From: Deltaproteobacteria bacterium
Lineage (GTDB): Bacteria > Myxococcota_A > Polyangia > JAAYKL01
Assembly (NCBI GenBank): GCA_016935665.1
Contig: JAFGQN010000070.1
Span: 378 to 64,377 of the forward strand
DNA: 64,000 nt
Reading direction: 5' to 3'
Positions 34,527 to 45,043 of the stretch are shown in pieces. The first letter of the stretch is position 1, and each line of letters opens with the position of its first letter. The position numbers and the translations under genes were made by a program. The notes below the pieces were generated by a model. That model saw only the letters and a program-made list of their open reading frames with translations. It searched no databases and had not been told where the DNA came from.

Positions 34527-35618
34527 ATGGCCATACGACTGGAAATTACAGATACGCGAAATTCAAAGGAGCATTTCAGTCGCACCTTTGTGCAGCACAA
34601 GGTAACCATTGGGCGTGCCCGGTATTGTGATATTTGTCTGCCGGATTTAAGTGTGTCCACCAGTCATGTGGATATTCGACTGCAGGAAAGTGATTTTTAC
34701 CTGGTAGATACCGGCAGCGCCAACGGCACATTTATTCAGGGCAAAAAGCTGGTGGCTCATCGTCCCAAAAAATTGTTGGGTGGTGATGTTTTTATGGTGG
34801 CGCATTTTCGAATCAGGTTTGAGCTGGGGGTGTCGCAGGGTCCGGCGCCTGAACGACATCTGGGGCAGAATCATGCGTTGAAGATGCTGAGCGCGGTGTT
34901 GTCCATGACATCCATTCCGGTTACCCCGACGCTGGTGATTCTATCCGGGCCCGACAAAGGGAAGCGTTTTGAGCTTTTGCCCTCGCCGTCAGTGGCGGTT
35001 ATCGGGCGGTCCAGGCAGGCGGACATTCCCCTCGAAGACCGGCAGTTGTCACGCAGACACGCCGAAGTGATTCGCGAAAATGACACAATCGTGATCCGGA
35101 ATGTGAATCCCCGAGCTTTGATTTTACACAACGAGCAGAAAGAAGACGTCATCGTATTGCAATCGGACAGTACGGTGACCATGGGCGAGACCACACTGGC
35201 GCTGGAGCATCCGCTGGACCCCAGTTTGTTGCATATTCAAAATGCGCCGGAAGAGGAAACCGCCTCCTTTTGCACCAATTTGTCATTTTTTAATGAGGCG
35301 CCGGAGGCGAAACTGGCGTCTCTCCAGACCGATTCGTCGCCCACTGCCCCCTCCAAAGGTCAATCCGACGTGGATGTTGATGATTCTGATGGCGATTCAT
35401 TGGCTTCTTCAGCGGCGGCGCCAGCCACGGATGCAAGTGACACCGATCCAATGGCGTCCCTGCCCACCGGTCCGTCGGACCCGCTGCAGGTCAATGAACC
35501 GGTCATGCCCGACGAAATGATCCTGCCCGAGGACGAAAAAAGTGATTTGGGATTAATTGTGGTGGGGGCGATTGTTGTGGTATCCTGCGTTTTAATTCTT
35601 GTCTGGTTGTTGACATGA
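34527..35618 (+). CDS. membrane-anchored protein with two FHA domains
   Basis: FHA cores: VTIGRARYCDICLPDLSVSTSHVDIRL...DTGSANGTFIQGKKL and VAVIGRSRQADIPLEDRQLSRRHAEV. The C-terminal TM is LIVVGAIVVVSCVLILVWLL. The ORF is open from GTG 34506; ATG 34527 is preferred. Confidence 0.85.
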   Translation: MAIRLEITDTRNSKEHFSRTFVQHKVTIGRARYCDICLPDLSVSTSHVDIRLQESDFYLVDTGSANGTFIQGKKLVAHRPKKLLGGDVFMVAHFRIRFELGVSQGPAPERHLGQNHALKMLSAVLSMTSIPVTPTLVILSGPDKGKRFELLPSPSVAVIGRSRQADIPLEDRQLSRRHAEVIRENDTIVIRNVNPRALILHNEQKEDVIVLQSDSTVTMGETTLALEHPLDPSLLHIQNAPEEETASFCTNLSFFNEAPEAKLASLQTDSSPTAPSKGQSDVDVDDSDGDSLASSAAAPATDASDTDPMASLPTGPSDPLQVNEPVMPDEMILPEDEKSDLGLIVVGAIVVVSCVLILVWLLT

Positions 35619-35740
35619 AAGCATTTCCAGTGCACGAGTTAATTGATTGAAGCATTTTGGAATGAAGACGCATATTCCTTTACATAAACCCAGGACTTTT
35701 ACCTGCACACCCCAATGGGGTTCGCGCATGCTGGTGTCCT

Positions 35741-37018
35741 ATGGATGACGGCACATCTACATCTATGCTTTTTGAATTTGTTGGCATTGCCATATGCCTG
35801 GTTTTCAGCGCCTTTTTTTCCGGTTCAGAAACGACACTGACCAGTATATCCACCACCCGGGCCAATTTGCTGATGGCTGAAAATCCCGCGCGGTTTGCGG
35901 TTTTGAAAATTTGGCTTTCTTCGAAAAAGCGGATTTTAGCTGCATTGCTGATAGGCAATAATCTGGTCAACATCCTTTGTTCCATTCTGGCCTATCGCAT
36001 TGCTTTTAAACTGGCCCCCCATTGGGCTGAGGCCATTTCCGTGTTTGGGTTAACTCTGGTGGTGCTGATTTTCGCGGAAATTACCCCCAAAAGTCTGGCC
36101 ATTCACCACGCGGAAAAGTTGGCCGTACCTGTGATTCGCATCGTCTGGCTGCTGGATAAACTGCTGTTTCCGCTGGCCTGGCCGCTTTCCCGGCTGCCGT
36201 TGCTGCTGTCCAAAGGGACGCCGTTGCATGACGACGAGCCGGTACCCACTGAAGACGAAATAAAATACCACATTCGACGGGGTCTCGATCAGGAAGTGTT
36301 TGACGACAAAAATCAGGTGGAACTGCTTGAGGCAACCATCGATTTTGGCATGACGATTGTAAAAGAGGTCATGATTCCTCGTACGGAAATGGTGGCGTTG
36401 GAGCAGGGGGCGACGTTGGAAGATGCTCTCGAAAAAGTGGTGGCCAGCGGGCATTCCCGACTGCCGGTATACGACCAGACGCCCGACCATATTGTAGGGG
36501 TCCTGTATGCCAAGGATTTGTTGCAGATTCTTAAAAACAAGGATTACCCCACCGAAAATCGGGTGCGCAATATCACTCGTAAAGACATTTTTTACGCACC
36601 GCAAACTCAGAAAATCAGCACGCTGCTCACGGACATGCGCCGGCGCAGCTCGCACCTGGCTATTGTGGTGGATGAATTTGGTGGTACGTCGGGTATTATC
36701 ACTCTCGAAGACATTATTGAAGAATTGGTGGGGGAAATTCACGACGAGCACGATGTGGAAGAAACCGAAATCCGCCAGGTGGATGACAATCGATGGGAAG
36801 TCAACGCCCATGTGACCATTCCGGATTTCGAGGGGGAAACGGGCATTTCGCTGCCGGACAATGGCGAATATGAGACGGTGGGCGGAGTGATTGTAAATGC
36901 GTTTGGCCGAATTCCACGGCGGGGAAAAAGCATTCGTGTTGGACAAACCAACATTACAGTGATAGATGCGGATGCACGTCACGTAAAACGGGTTGAGATT
37001 CGGGTGGAACCGGAATAG
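35741..37018 (+). CDS. DUF21-CBS-CorC_HlyC family transporter (CNNM/TlyC-like, putative Mg2+/Co2+ efflux)
   Basis: The N-terminal 4-TM DUF21 carries FFSGSETTLTSIS. The CBS pair reads VMIPRTEMVALEQGATLEDALEKVVASGHSRLPVY...IVGVLYAKDLL. Further downstream are AIVVDEFGGTSGIITLEDIIEELVGEI and then the CorC_HlyC tail. Confidence 0.9.
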   Translation: MDDGTSTSMLFEFVGIAICLVFSAFFSGSETTLTSISTTRANLLMAENPARFAVLKIWLSSKKRILAALLIGNNLVNILCSILAYRIAFKLAPHWAEAISVFGLTLVVLIFAEITPKSLAIHHAEKLAVPVIRIVWLLDKLLFPLAWPLSRLPLLLSKGTPLHDDEPVPTEDEIKYHIRRGLDQEVFDDKNQVELLEATIDFGMTIVKEVMIPRTEMVALEQGATLEDALEKVVASGHSRLPVYDQTPDHIVGVLYAKDLLQILKNKDYPTENRVRNITRKDIFYAPQTQKISTLLTDMRRRSSHLAIVVDEFGGTSGIITLEDIIEELVGEIHDEHDVEETEIRQVDDNRWEVNAHVTIPDFEGETGISLPDNGEYETVGGVIVNAFGRIPRRGKSIRVGQTNITVIDADARHVKRVEIRVEPE

Positions 37019-37041
37019 TCGAAACTTTTTTTGAAATACAG

Positions 37042-37602
37042 ATGGAAAAACGAGCGCACATTGGCAGTACTGTTTTGCATCTCATCGAAGGAGCGGTGGG
37101 AAAGCAGCGCGCGAATGTGTGCGTGTTGATCAGTCGGGACACGCGGGTGGCACGGGAAGTGGCCAAAATGGGTCATCGTCTGGTAGTGGTGGGGGACAGG
37201 TTCAAACCGCTGTTTCGATTTCAAAGCCGGAATCATCGTTACAATCCAGCGTTGGCAGTGGAAGCGCGATACCGCGAGTTGCCGCTGTCGCCAGAGGCGT
37301 TTGACGTACTGGTAGTGGCCCGTCCCATGCCCAAAGACAGTGATGTGGCCAGGGAGCTTGAGCGGCTTCGTCTCTTTTTAAAGCCAGAGGGAATGCTCAT
37401 GTGGATTCATCCTGTGTACCGGGGGGTGTTTGGGCGTGTGCATCGCACATTCGCATCCCGTGCCCATCGCATGGAGCGTCATGTGCTGTGTCGTATTGCT
37501 ATGGAAGAAGGCTTTCACCTGGTTGGGCAGGAAGTGGTACGAGCGGGGCACTCTTCTCAATTTGTGCTGACACGGGCAACGTTGCGGCGTGCCTTTTCCT
37601 GA
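37042..37602 (+). CDS. hypothetical protein, possibly a degenerate class I methyltransferase fold
   Basis: ANVCVLISRDTRVAREVAKMGHRLVVVGD ... FDVLVVARPM ... LKPEGMLMWIHP is loosely Rossmann/MTase-like. No firm motif. Confidence 0.5.
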   Translation: MEKRAHIGSTVLHLIEGAVGKQRANVCVLISRDTRVAREVAKMGHRLVVVGDRFKPLFRFQSRNHRYNPALAVEARYRELPLSPEAFDVLVVARPMPKDSDVARELERLRLFLKPEGMLMWIHPVYRGVFGRVHRTFASRAHRMERHVLCRIAMEEGFHLVGQEVVRAGHSSQFVLTRATLRRAFS

Positions 37603-38051
37603 CTGGTTCCACAAATTTTTGGAAATCATTATTGCAATTTTTATGTATTTTTGCTGCAGTGGTGTAATCGCATTTTTCATCCCAAATCGAGGATGACGCC
37701 ATGAGAGGAAGCATGCGATATTTCCCTGGATTGGGTTTCCGTGGACGCCGCCAATCTGGTGAGCGAGGTGGCTGTGATTGACAATGCGTTTGCCGCCGCC
37801 ATTTACTATCAGCGCCGCGGTTTTGCCACCGTGCCCATCACCGAACTGCCATAGGTTCAAGGTCGCCGTTGTCCGGATGGTGCATTCACAGGTTTCCCGT
37901 CGTTCATGTTCAGGTCACGAAACAAGAGACCAATTCGATTTTACAATGGTCCGATTGTCAAATCGCCGGATTATTGCTATTGGCTGAAGAAACAGCAAAA
38001 GAGATGCTGCAACACAACATCTCGAAAACAAATGATGCAAGGAGTTCAAAG

Positions 38052-39833
38052 GTGGCGCAATTTATTGAGGAGCTGAAAAAAAGTCACGGAGCAGGAGAGC
38101 TTAGGCTTTCCCATAAAGGGGAGCAGGTGGTTTTGATGGGCTGGGTCGATACGGTGCGGGATTTGGGAGGCACGCTGTTCATTGATTTGCGGGACCGCAG
38201 CGGTATCTGTCAGGTGGTATTGGGCAGCGAACAGCTCAATGACTTACAGCTGGAAGTGGCCAGGTCGCTGCGCCAGGAATATGTGGTGGCCATCATGGGC
38301 GACGTGATTGCCCGCGGTGGCAAGCCCAATACCAATCTGAAAACCGGCGAAATTGAAGTTCTGGCCAAAGATGTGGCCCTGCTCAACCGGTCGCAGCCCA
38401 TGCCGTTTCAGATTGCGGACAATGTGGATACGGGCGAAGAGGTGCGACTAAAGTATCGGTTTCTGGACTTGCGACGGGCGCCATTGCAGAAGGCGTTGCT
38501 GATGCGCTCCAAAGCGGCACTGATTGCCCGGGAGCACTTTGCTTCTGAAAATTTCATCGAAGTGGAAACCCCCATTTTGACCAAATCAACTCCTGAAGGC
38601 GCCAGAGATTATCTGGTTCCCTCCCGCATTAACAAGGGGAAATTTTTCGCGCTGCCCCAATCGCCCCAGTTGTTCAAACAGCTGTTGCAGGTGGCCGGGT
38701 TTGAACGCTACTTCCAGATTTGCAAATGCTTCCGCGATGAGGATTTGCGAGCGGACCGGCAGCCGGAGTTTACCCAGATTGACCTGGAGATGAGTTTTGT
38801 CACTCCGGATGATATCATGGCCGTGTGTGATGGCATGCTGCAAAAGATGTTTAAACACATTTTGAACGTGGACATTGAAACGCCGATTCCGCGGATTACA
38901 TACGATGAGGCCATGGCGCGATACGGGGTGGATAATCCCGATGTTCGGTTTGGAATGGAGCTGTTTGATATTACCGAAGACACGCGAGACTCGGCGTTTA
39001 AAGTGTTTTCAGGGCCCGCCACAGGTGGTGGATTGGTGACAGGTATCGTGGTTGCGGGCGGCGCTTCATTTTCCCGCAAGGATGTGGATGCACTGACCGA
39101 GTTTGTTAAAACCTACGGCGCAAAGGGACTGGCATGGCTCAAACGCAACGATGGTGCGTTTAGCGGGCCGGTGTCCAAATTTGTGGACGTCGCTCTCGAA
39201 AAAGCGTTGCTCGAAAAGGCGGCCATGAAAGATGGCGACATTGCTTTGATTGTGGCCGACATGGATGCGTCTGTGGCCAGAACCGCGGCGGGTCGTTTGC
39301 GCACCCATGTGGCCAAATCGCAGGGCATGGTCAATCCAGGTCAGTTTGGGTTCACCTGGGTGACCGATTTTCCCATGTTTGAAAAAGATGAGGAAACGGG
39401 AAAACTGGCGGCCATGCATCATCCCTTTACATCACCCAGACCCGAGGATGTATCCATGCTGTCCACTGACCCGCTCAAAGTAAAAACCCGGGCGTACGAC
39501 ATTGTGTTGAACGGACAGGAAATTGGAGGCGGATCCATCCGAATTCACAACCAGGACGTGCAGGCCGAGGTATTCAAGGCATTGGGTATTGGCGACGAAG
39601 AAGCCCGCAATAAGTTTGGATTCCTGCTCGATGCCTTGTCCTTCGGTGCTCCGCCCCACGGTGGTCTTGCGTTTGGGTTCGACAGACTGGTATCCATCAT
39701 GTCGGGACTGGATTCCATTCGTGACGTGATTGCGTTTCCCAAAACCACAAGGGCCGGTTGTCTGATGACTGATGCACCTTCCGAAGTAGACGACAAACAA
39801 CTTACAGAGTTGGGAATCAAACGGTTGGACTGA
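38052..39833 (+). CDS. aspS: aspartate--tRNA ligase
   Basis: Class II signatures: FIEVETPILTKSTPEGARDYLVPSR, FFALPQSPQLFKQLL, FRDEDLRADRQPEFTQIDLEMSF, GGGSIRIHN, GAPPHGGLAFGFDRLV. The ORF is open from 37869. GTG 38052 has an AAGGAG 7 nt upstream and gives a typical ~593-aa length. Confidence 0.95.
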   Translation: MAQFIEELKKSHGAGELRLSHKGEQVVLMGWVDTVRDLGGTLFIDLRDRSGICQVVLGSEQLNDLQLEVARSLRQEYVVAIMGDVIARGGKPNTNLKTGEIEVLAKDVALLNRSQPMPFQIADNVDTGEEVRLKYRFLDLRRAPLQKALLMRSKAALIAREHFASENFIEVETPILTKSTPEGARDYLVPSRINKGKFFALPQSPQLFKQLLQVAGFERYFQICKCFRDEDLRADRQPEFTQIDLEMSFVTPDDIMAVCDGMLQKMFKHILNVDIETPIPRITYDEAMARYGVDNPDVRFGMELFDITEDTRDSAFKVFSGPATGGGLVTGIVVAGGASFSRKDVDALTEFVKTYGAKGLAWLKRNDGAFSGPVSKFVDVALEKALLEKAAMKDGDIALIVADMDASVARTAAGRLRTHVAKSQGMVNPGQFGFTWVTDFPMFEKDEETGKLAAMHHPFTSPRPEDVSMLSTDPLKVKTRAYDIVLNGQEIGGGSIRIHNQDVQAEVFKALGIGDEEARNKFGFLLDALSFGAPPHGGLAFGFDRLVSIMSGLDSIRDVIAFPKTTRAGCLMTDAPSEVDDKQLTELGIKRLD

Positions 39834-39859
39834 CCATTAACTCTTGAAAGGTCGGCTCT

Positions 39860-40387
39860 ATGCTGCAGTTCCGCCTGACACAAAAAGTGCGTCAATTGTT
39901 TGCATTCACCGATGAGATGCTCTCGGAGCCGGTGGCGGGGGATGCCTTTTTGGGAAACTGGTACGCGGATATTATCCGGATTGAACAGTGGGACGCGCTG
40001 CTGTTCATGAGTGAAAAAACTCTGCTGAGTTTTGTTCTGCTGGATGTGCGCGCGGATCACGCCGACAAAATGGCCAATGGTTTTGTCAATGGTCTGGAAC
40101 ACATGCTGCAGGAAGAAAAATTCGCCGAACGCTCCATCCGGCGTATTTTCGAAGGCGTGGATGTGATGGAGATTACCGCGGTTACAGACGAGGGGATTGC
40201 TTCGCGGATGCAGCGCACCGGGCAACAGTATGGGGCGCTGGCCGCACAGGCGGCTACCCTGTCCAATTGGGATATTCTGGATGTCATGAAGGAAGTGAAT
40301 CGCACGGCCAATGAAATGCTGGAGGGGGTATCCCCTCTGAAAGCCACCAAACGGCTTTTGCGCAACAGCGATATTGAGTTGCATTAA
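39860..40387 (+). CDS. conserved hypothetical protein (DUF6933-like by recollection)
   Basis: Clean 175-aa ORF. The pattern FLGNWYADIIRIEQWDALLFMSEKTLLSFVLLDV resembles a family I recall as DUF6933. Its stop overlaps the mltG start. Confidence 0.6.
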   Translation: MLQFRLTQKVRQLFAFTDEMLSEPVAGDAFLGNWYADIIRIEQWDALLFMSEKTLLSFVLLDVRADHADKMANGFVNGLEHMLQEEKFAERSIRRIFEGVDVMEITAVTDEGIASRMQRTGQQYGALAAQAATLSNWDILDVMKEVNRTANEMLEGVSPLKATKRLLRNSDIELH

Positions 40388-41466
40388 TGACCCTGGATAA
40401 CACGTCACAACCGCGCTCCCGTATTCGGCGTCGCCTTGTCACGTTTGCATTGTTGTTTGTTTTCGCCATCGGATACTCCGCGTATGATGTGTTTTGGGCC
40501 TATCCCAAAACGCCGCATTCGGGCGTGGGCAAAGAAGTGGCGTTCACCGTTGAACGGGGTGTTTCGCCAACTGTGCTGGTTCGTCAGTTGAGCGATGTAA
40601 AAGTGATCGCCTCCCCGGGTAAATTCGGTTTATGGCTCAAACTGAGTGGTGAATTCAGACAGGTAAAAGCTGGCGATTTTCTGTTGACCGATGGGATGAC
40701 GCCCAAAGAAATCGTGCGGACACTGCAGGGGAGAAGCATCAATAAAGGAGTGCGCGTCACTATCCCTGAAGGCTTTACCCTCAGTCAAATGGCCCAAACG
40801 ATGGCAAATGCAAAGCTGGTGACGGTGGACGAATTCAGAAAAGCCACTTTTGACGCCGATTTGCTGACAAAACTGAACATTCCAGGCCCCAGCGCCGAAG
40901 GGTTTCTTTTTCCCGATACCTACTATTTTGACCCGTCGGTGACCGCGGCGCAGATTGTGAAGAGGATGCGGGAAAATTTTTTTAAAAAAACGTTGGGATT
41001 GGAACTGCCGGAGGGCAAGCCGCTGCTGGAACTGGTGACCCTGGCGTCCATCGTGCAGGCCGAAGCAAAAGTCGCCGACGAAGCGCCCATCATTGCCGGT
41101 GTGTATCGCAATCGGCTGACCCCCGATAAATTCCCCAGCGGACGGCTTCAGGCAGACCCCACCGTGGTCTATGGCTGCAATCCGTTTATGACGTCACGGG
41201 CGCCATCATGTCTGACATTCAAGGGTGTTTTGGGCAGTAAACAGTTGCAGGATGACCACAACCCGTACAACACCTATCGTCATGCAGGTTTACCACCAGG
41301 ACCCATTTGCGCTCCCGGATTGCATGCGCTAAGCGCCGCAAAATCACCGGCGTTTGTCCCCTACCTGTATTTTGTGGTATCCAAAGAGGGACGGCATCAA
41401 TTTTCAACCACGCTGGCCGAGCACGAAAAGGCAGTCAAAGCGTACAGAGAACAAGGTGGTCAATAA
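40387..41466 (+). CDS. mltG: endolytic murein transglycosylase MltG (YceG family)
   Basis: N-terminal TM, then LASIVQAEAKVADEAPIIAGVYRNRL, LQADPTVVYG and YNTYRHAGLPPGPICAPGLHALSAA. Confidence 0.9.
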   Translation: MTLDNTSQPRSRIRRRLVTFALLFVFAIGYSAYDVFWAYPKTPHSGVGKEVAFTVERGVSPTVLVRQLSDVKVIASPGKFGLWLKLSGEFRQVKAGDFLLTDGMTPKEIVRTLQGRSINKGVRVTIPEGFTLSQMAQTMANAKLVTVDEFRKATFDADLLTKLNIPGPSAEGFLFPDTYYFDPSVTAAQIVKRMRENFFKKTLGLELPEGKPLLELVTLASIVQAEAKVADEAPIIAGVYRNRLTPDKFPSGRLQADPTVVYGCNPFMTSRAPSCLTFKGVLGSKQLQDDHNPYNTYRHAGLPPGPICAPGLHALSAAKSPAFVPYLYFVVSKEGRHQFSTTLAEHEKAVKAYREQGGQ

Positions 41467-42034
41467 ACTGCACAGGGCTAAACGGCGCCCCTATTCCCGT
41501 GGTGGAAAAATCAGAAACTGGGCGGGCACATCCGCGGTATTTCTGGTGGTGGCGTCTCTGGCGTTTTTGCGCTTTCGGATGGATGAATGGCTGGTGGGCG
41601 CCATGGCCGTGCTGTTTGTGCTGCTCATTTATCTGGTGAGGCAGTGGGAGCACAATCGCACCATGGCCCATGTGGACGAATTGTCGGGCCATCAGTTTGA
41701 GCGATACTTAAAAAAAGTGTTTCAGGCATCGGGGTACAAAGCGAGAGTTGTGGGGACAGAAGGAGCAGATTTTGGCGCCGATCTCATCGTTGAAAAAGAT
41801 GGCATCCGCTTTGCTGTGCAGGCCAAAAACTACGACCGCACCGTGCACAAAGTGGGCAATGATGCGGTACAGCAGGCCATTGCCGGCGCCACCTACTACA
41901 AATGCGAGCGGGCCATGGTGGTCACCAACGGCGGATTCACCAAAGCCGCCAAACAACAGGCCCTCGCCTCCGAAATCATTCCCGTCACGCTTGTGTCCAG
42001 AGACAAATTGAAACGCATGATAGCAAATCTGTAG
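41456..42034 (+). CDS. membrane-anchored Mrr-like restriction endonuclease-domain protein
   Basis: Two N-terminal TM segments, then HQFERYLKKVFQASGYKARVVGTEGADFGADLIVEKDGIRFAVQAKNY...VGNDAVQQAIAGATYYKCERAMVVTNGGFT (Mrr_cat D...D/E-x-K core). The start is uncertain: GTG 41456 overlaps the mltG end, and the track ORF opens at 41354. Confidence 0.75.
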   Translation: MVNKLHRAKRRPYSRGGKIRNWAGTSAVFLVVASLAFLRFRMDEWLVGAMAVLFVLLIYLVRQWEHNRTMAHVDELSGHQFERYLKKVFQASGYKARVVGTEGADFGADLIVEKDGIRFAVQAKNYDRTVHKVGNDAVQQAIAGATYYKCERAMVVTNGGFTKAAKQQALASEIIPVTLVSRDKLKRMIANL

Positions 42035-42181
42035 CGAACCGTCAGATAGGGATTTTACAGAATCGGATTTTTCCGGCAGTATACCCGAACGGTCAGGTTC
42101 AGAAGCTGCGACGGAAGCGATTTGTCGGTTTTGTCAAAACAAACGGGTTCCTCCTGAGCGGGTAATGGAGCCTCAAATACA

Positions 42182-42469
42182 GTGCACTGTGGAACGAGCA
42201 GCCGCATATATCCGAATGTGATCAACGTACCGCCGGACCTTCTTCGGCAACCATGTGTCCCAATGGACTGCGGCAATGGAATTGTTGAGCCAGGAGAGCA
42301 ATGCCACGACGGCGAAAACAATGGCGGATATGGCGAATGCTTTGAGGACTGTTATTGGGGAATTTATTGCGGATATGGCCGCGTCCAGGAGGAGTATGAA
42401 GAATGTGACGACGGCAATTGCAACTTCGGCGATGACTGTCCGGGCACCTGCATAATCCAGCACGAATGA
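42182..42469 (+). CDS. Myxococcus-type cysteine-rich repeat ORF, probably a fragment
   Basis: CGNGIVEPGEQCHDGENNGGYGECFEDC...CGYGRVQEEYEECDDGNCNFGDDC matches the CGDG..E.CDDGN repeat pattern. It has no signal peptide, a GTG start and is only 95 aa. Confidence 0.4.
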   Translation: MHCGTSSRIYPNVINVPPDLLRQPCVPMDCGNGIVEPGEQCHDGENNGGYGECFEDCYWGIYCGYGRVQEEYEECDDGNCNFGDDCPGTCIIQHE

Positions 42470-42489
42470 ATCTGATGCGCGGAGGAATC

Positions 42490-43014
42490 TCAAATCCAGG
42501 CAGATACTCCCATGGCGAAATCGACACGCAATTGCTGGGTATCCAATTCGACTGCATCATCCATATTGGGTTCCCATTTCGATTTCCCTTTTGTAAAATG
42601 ACCACCAACGGAAAAACTGATGGCACACCTCGAAATAAAAAACAGATGTATTCCGCCTCTGACATGACCAATCGCAAATATGGACCGTTGCTTGATAGCA
42701 TCAATTCGTGTGGGCGAGGACGTGATATTGGTGGATTCGTCGCTTTTCTGGTAATCCATACCAATTCCTGCGGCCAATTGAACAAAGGGAACAACTCTGG
42801 TTCCGGTTCGAAACAGGATTTCGAAGAACGGCGCCAACTGCAGATTGGTGGACTTGCGATTCAAGGAGTGGACCATTTCTCCTCCGTGCATCAATGGTCC
42901 AGAAAACTCATCATCGTCTTTGGGGATAAAATTGGCCACTATCCATGCACCAATCACCATATTCGATTTGATCATCCCTCCGAGGCTCAAAGCGGACTGG
43001 GTGTTCACTCCCAT
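42490..43014 (-). CDS. outer-membrane beta-barrel-like ORF lacking a signal peptide (likely truncated)
   Basis: The alternating amphipathic pattern and aromatic C-terminus (...DFAMGVSAWI) are OMP-like. An in-frame stop lies only 16 codons upstream of the ATG, and there is no leader peptide. Confidence 0.4.
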   Translation of the reverse strand: MGVNTQSALSLGGMIKSNMVIGAWIVANFIPKDDDEFSGPLMHGGEMVHSLNRKSTNLQLAPFFEILFRTGTRVVPFVQLAAGIGMDYQKSDESTNITSSPTRIDAIKQRSIFAIGHVRGGIHLFFISRCAISFSVGGHFTKGKSKWEPNMDDAVELDTQQLRVDFAMGVSAWI

Positions 43015-43181
43015 ATTTATGGTTTTGTGTCGAACAGTGGCGCCAGAGTCTTCTTCGTTGGGTTATAGTTGGCATGTTGTATGGGTTAACAGGTTAAGAC
43101 GCGGATTGCGCTGTTGAAACAACAGTGCCACGCTGTATACCTTTTTTTGCCGACTCGCAGTCCGTACTCTGAGTGATGGAA

Positions 43182-43904
43182 TCAACTCTTTTTTTTGACC
43201 CATCCCCGCGTGATGAATCCCAGCAGCAGGCCCGCGCCAAAAATTGCCCAGAACGCGACGGTTGGTAAATCCTCCAATCCGCTTGTCAGGTTCATCCCAA
43301 AAATGCCCGCAATGGCCGTAATGGGAAAAAAAATGGCCGCCAGAATATTGAGCCGCTGTTCACTCTGAATGGACTGGGTCCCCTGGCGAATCTGCTCTTC
43401 GGATTTGCGCGCCATATAAAAATCAAGGGCAGTGCGGGTATCCGCGTACAGCAAATCCAGGGTGCGCTGCAGATCGTACGCCTGGTCTCTGAAATCGATA
43501 ATGTTGCGGTCTTCTTTTATCGATTCCCTGGCGGATTGCAGCGTCAGGTGCAGGTTTCTGGCCGCGTGAACAACCGGGCCGAGTTCCTGCAGAATCTGAA
43601 AGTAGTCTTCGGCATCTGTTGCTTTTTTTAATGCGGTGTCAAACCGTTCTTCGGCCTTTTCGTATTCTTCCAGGTGATTCTGAAGACTGAACAACCCCTG
43701 TCCACGCTCTGTCGATTCCCACTCGCCTTTGGGTTTGCGCCAGAAGAAGGCGGGTTCGCGTTCGTTCATATCGCTGGTGGGGACCTTGTGCAAAATGAGC
43801 AACAGATGCCCCTCTGCCATCATGGCGCGTTGTTTGCCTGCGCGCTTGTCGCCAAATCGAATCCGGATTGCGGCCGGTATTTGCCAGTTTGATGGTAATG
43901 CCAT
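43182..43904 (-). CDS. CorA-family divalent cation channel-like protein (short form)
   Basis: Signature IAGIFGMNL (GMN) before the last TM, with two C-terminal TMs. The ORF is open from 43988, but ATG 43904 has an AAGGA RBS. Confidence 0.8.
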   Translation of the reverse strand: MALPSNWQIPAAIRIRFGDKRAGKQRAMMAEGHLLLILHKVPTSDMNEREPAFFWRKPKGEWESTERGQGLFSLQNHLEEYEKAEERFDTALKKATDAEDYFQILQELGPVVHAARNLHLTLQSARESIKEDRNIIDFRDQAYDLQRTLDLLYADTRTALDFYMARKSEEQIRQGTQSIQSEQRLNILAAIFFPITAIAGIFGMNLTSGLEDLPTVAFWAIFGAGLLLGFITRGWVKKKS

Positions 43905-44386
43905 TGTGTTCCTTCTTTTAGTACATCCAAAGAAAACCAATTGGGAAAAAAGGGATATGTTTTCCCGTGGCCATTCTTTTAAATGCAATTGCCCGGTTAT
44001 CGTTCACGTTCAATGTCGATGACAGAATTTAGCATCCCAAACAAAGAAATTATATCAGAAAATGTGGTTTGGATATGCCGCACCGATTCACGACCAGCAG
44101 CCCTTCGGCGGGCACCTGCAAATTCAGGTTCGCGCCAAACACGGTTCCCGTCGATGTATCGTGAATAAACGATGTGCATGCATGGGTATGGGTGATAAAC
44201 GGTCCCCTGTCCACACCACTGACAGCACCAACAGGGATGCGTGTTATGTTGTCTTTCGGCCCCGGTTGTGCAGTAACAGGTATACAGATAGCTCTGGTCG
44301 TACCGTCTGGAATCAGTGAATCGGAGGTGTCCCATCAGTTAAAAGCCGCTTTACGGACAGCGTCACGCGCACCCTTGTAAAGAACA

Positions 44387-44953
44387 ATGTGCCCGCGCTG
44401 GTTGTCAGGGAGAACTCGCTTTATACTGCTGTGGTCCATGAACGAGACATCACAGTGCACCGCGCGATGGTTTGTTGGATACCGTGCCACCATTGGCTTT
44501 CTGAGAACGCATCGGATTGTCCGTTTTGTGGCCTGGCTGGCGCCCCTTTTGGTTGTGGCCTACGCCGTGACAATTATGAGTCTTCACTGGCGTTCGTTGC
44601 GTATGATGATGGAAACGGATACTGGCTTCAAAATCAATGTGGATTGCAGTGCCTCTCCCGGATTTCCAACACCATCATACCCGGAGCGCGATCTGGCGAA
44701 AATGCCTCAGGTGAAACAGGTGGTGACTGTGGACGGCATGATGATGCATTTCGCTTTTGAAGTACACGCCCATGTTCCCGATATTTCGGAACTGTACGTG
44801 CCGTTAATTTCGGGCGCCAATCCGGAAAAAGTGGAGAACCCCCTCGCACAGAACTGGAAAAATTCTCCCTGTGATTTGCGATGGTATCAGGATCGCATGG
44901 GCGCGATGGATGGAAGCAAAAGTGTGTGGCTGGCCCGAGGGAACCCTGCCTGA
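44387..44953 (+). CDS. hypothetical membrane-anchored ORF
   Basis: 188-aa ORF with one TM-like segment (FVAWLAPLLVVAYAVTIMSL). No family call. It sits in a fragment-rich zone. Confidence 0.3.
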   Translation: MCPRWLSGRTRFILLWSMNETSQCTARWFVGYRATIGFLRTHRIVRFVAWLAPLLVVAYAVTIMSLHWRSLRMMMETDTGFKINVDCSASPGFPTPSYPERDLAKMPQVKQVVTVDGMMMHFAFEVHAHVPDISELYVPLISGANPEKVENPLAQNWKNSPCDLRWYQDRMGAMDGSKSVWLARGNPA

Positions 44954-45043
44954 ACGTGAGGCGGCAGCCGGCGTAATAAAACATACGCTGAATAAAAACA
45001 GCGATACATTCCATGTGTACTGGCCAAGTTTTCCAGTTACATC

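Noticed and set aside
37717-37854. Short frame ...AVIDNAFAAAIYYQRRGFATVPITELP* resembling the N-terminal motif of bifunctional primase-polymerase proteins
   Set aside because: Only ~45 codons with no start. The resemblance rests on a single short motif (Y..RG..V.P), which is insufficient to call a relic.
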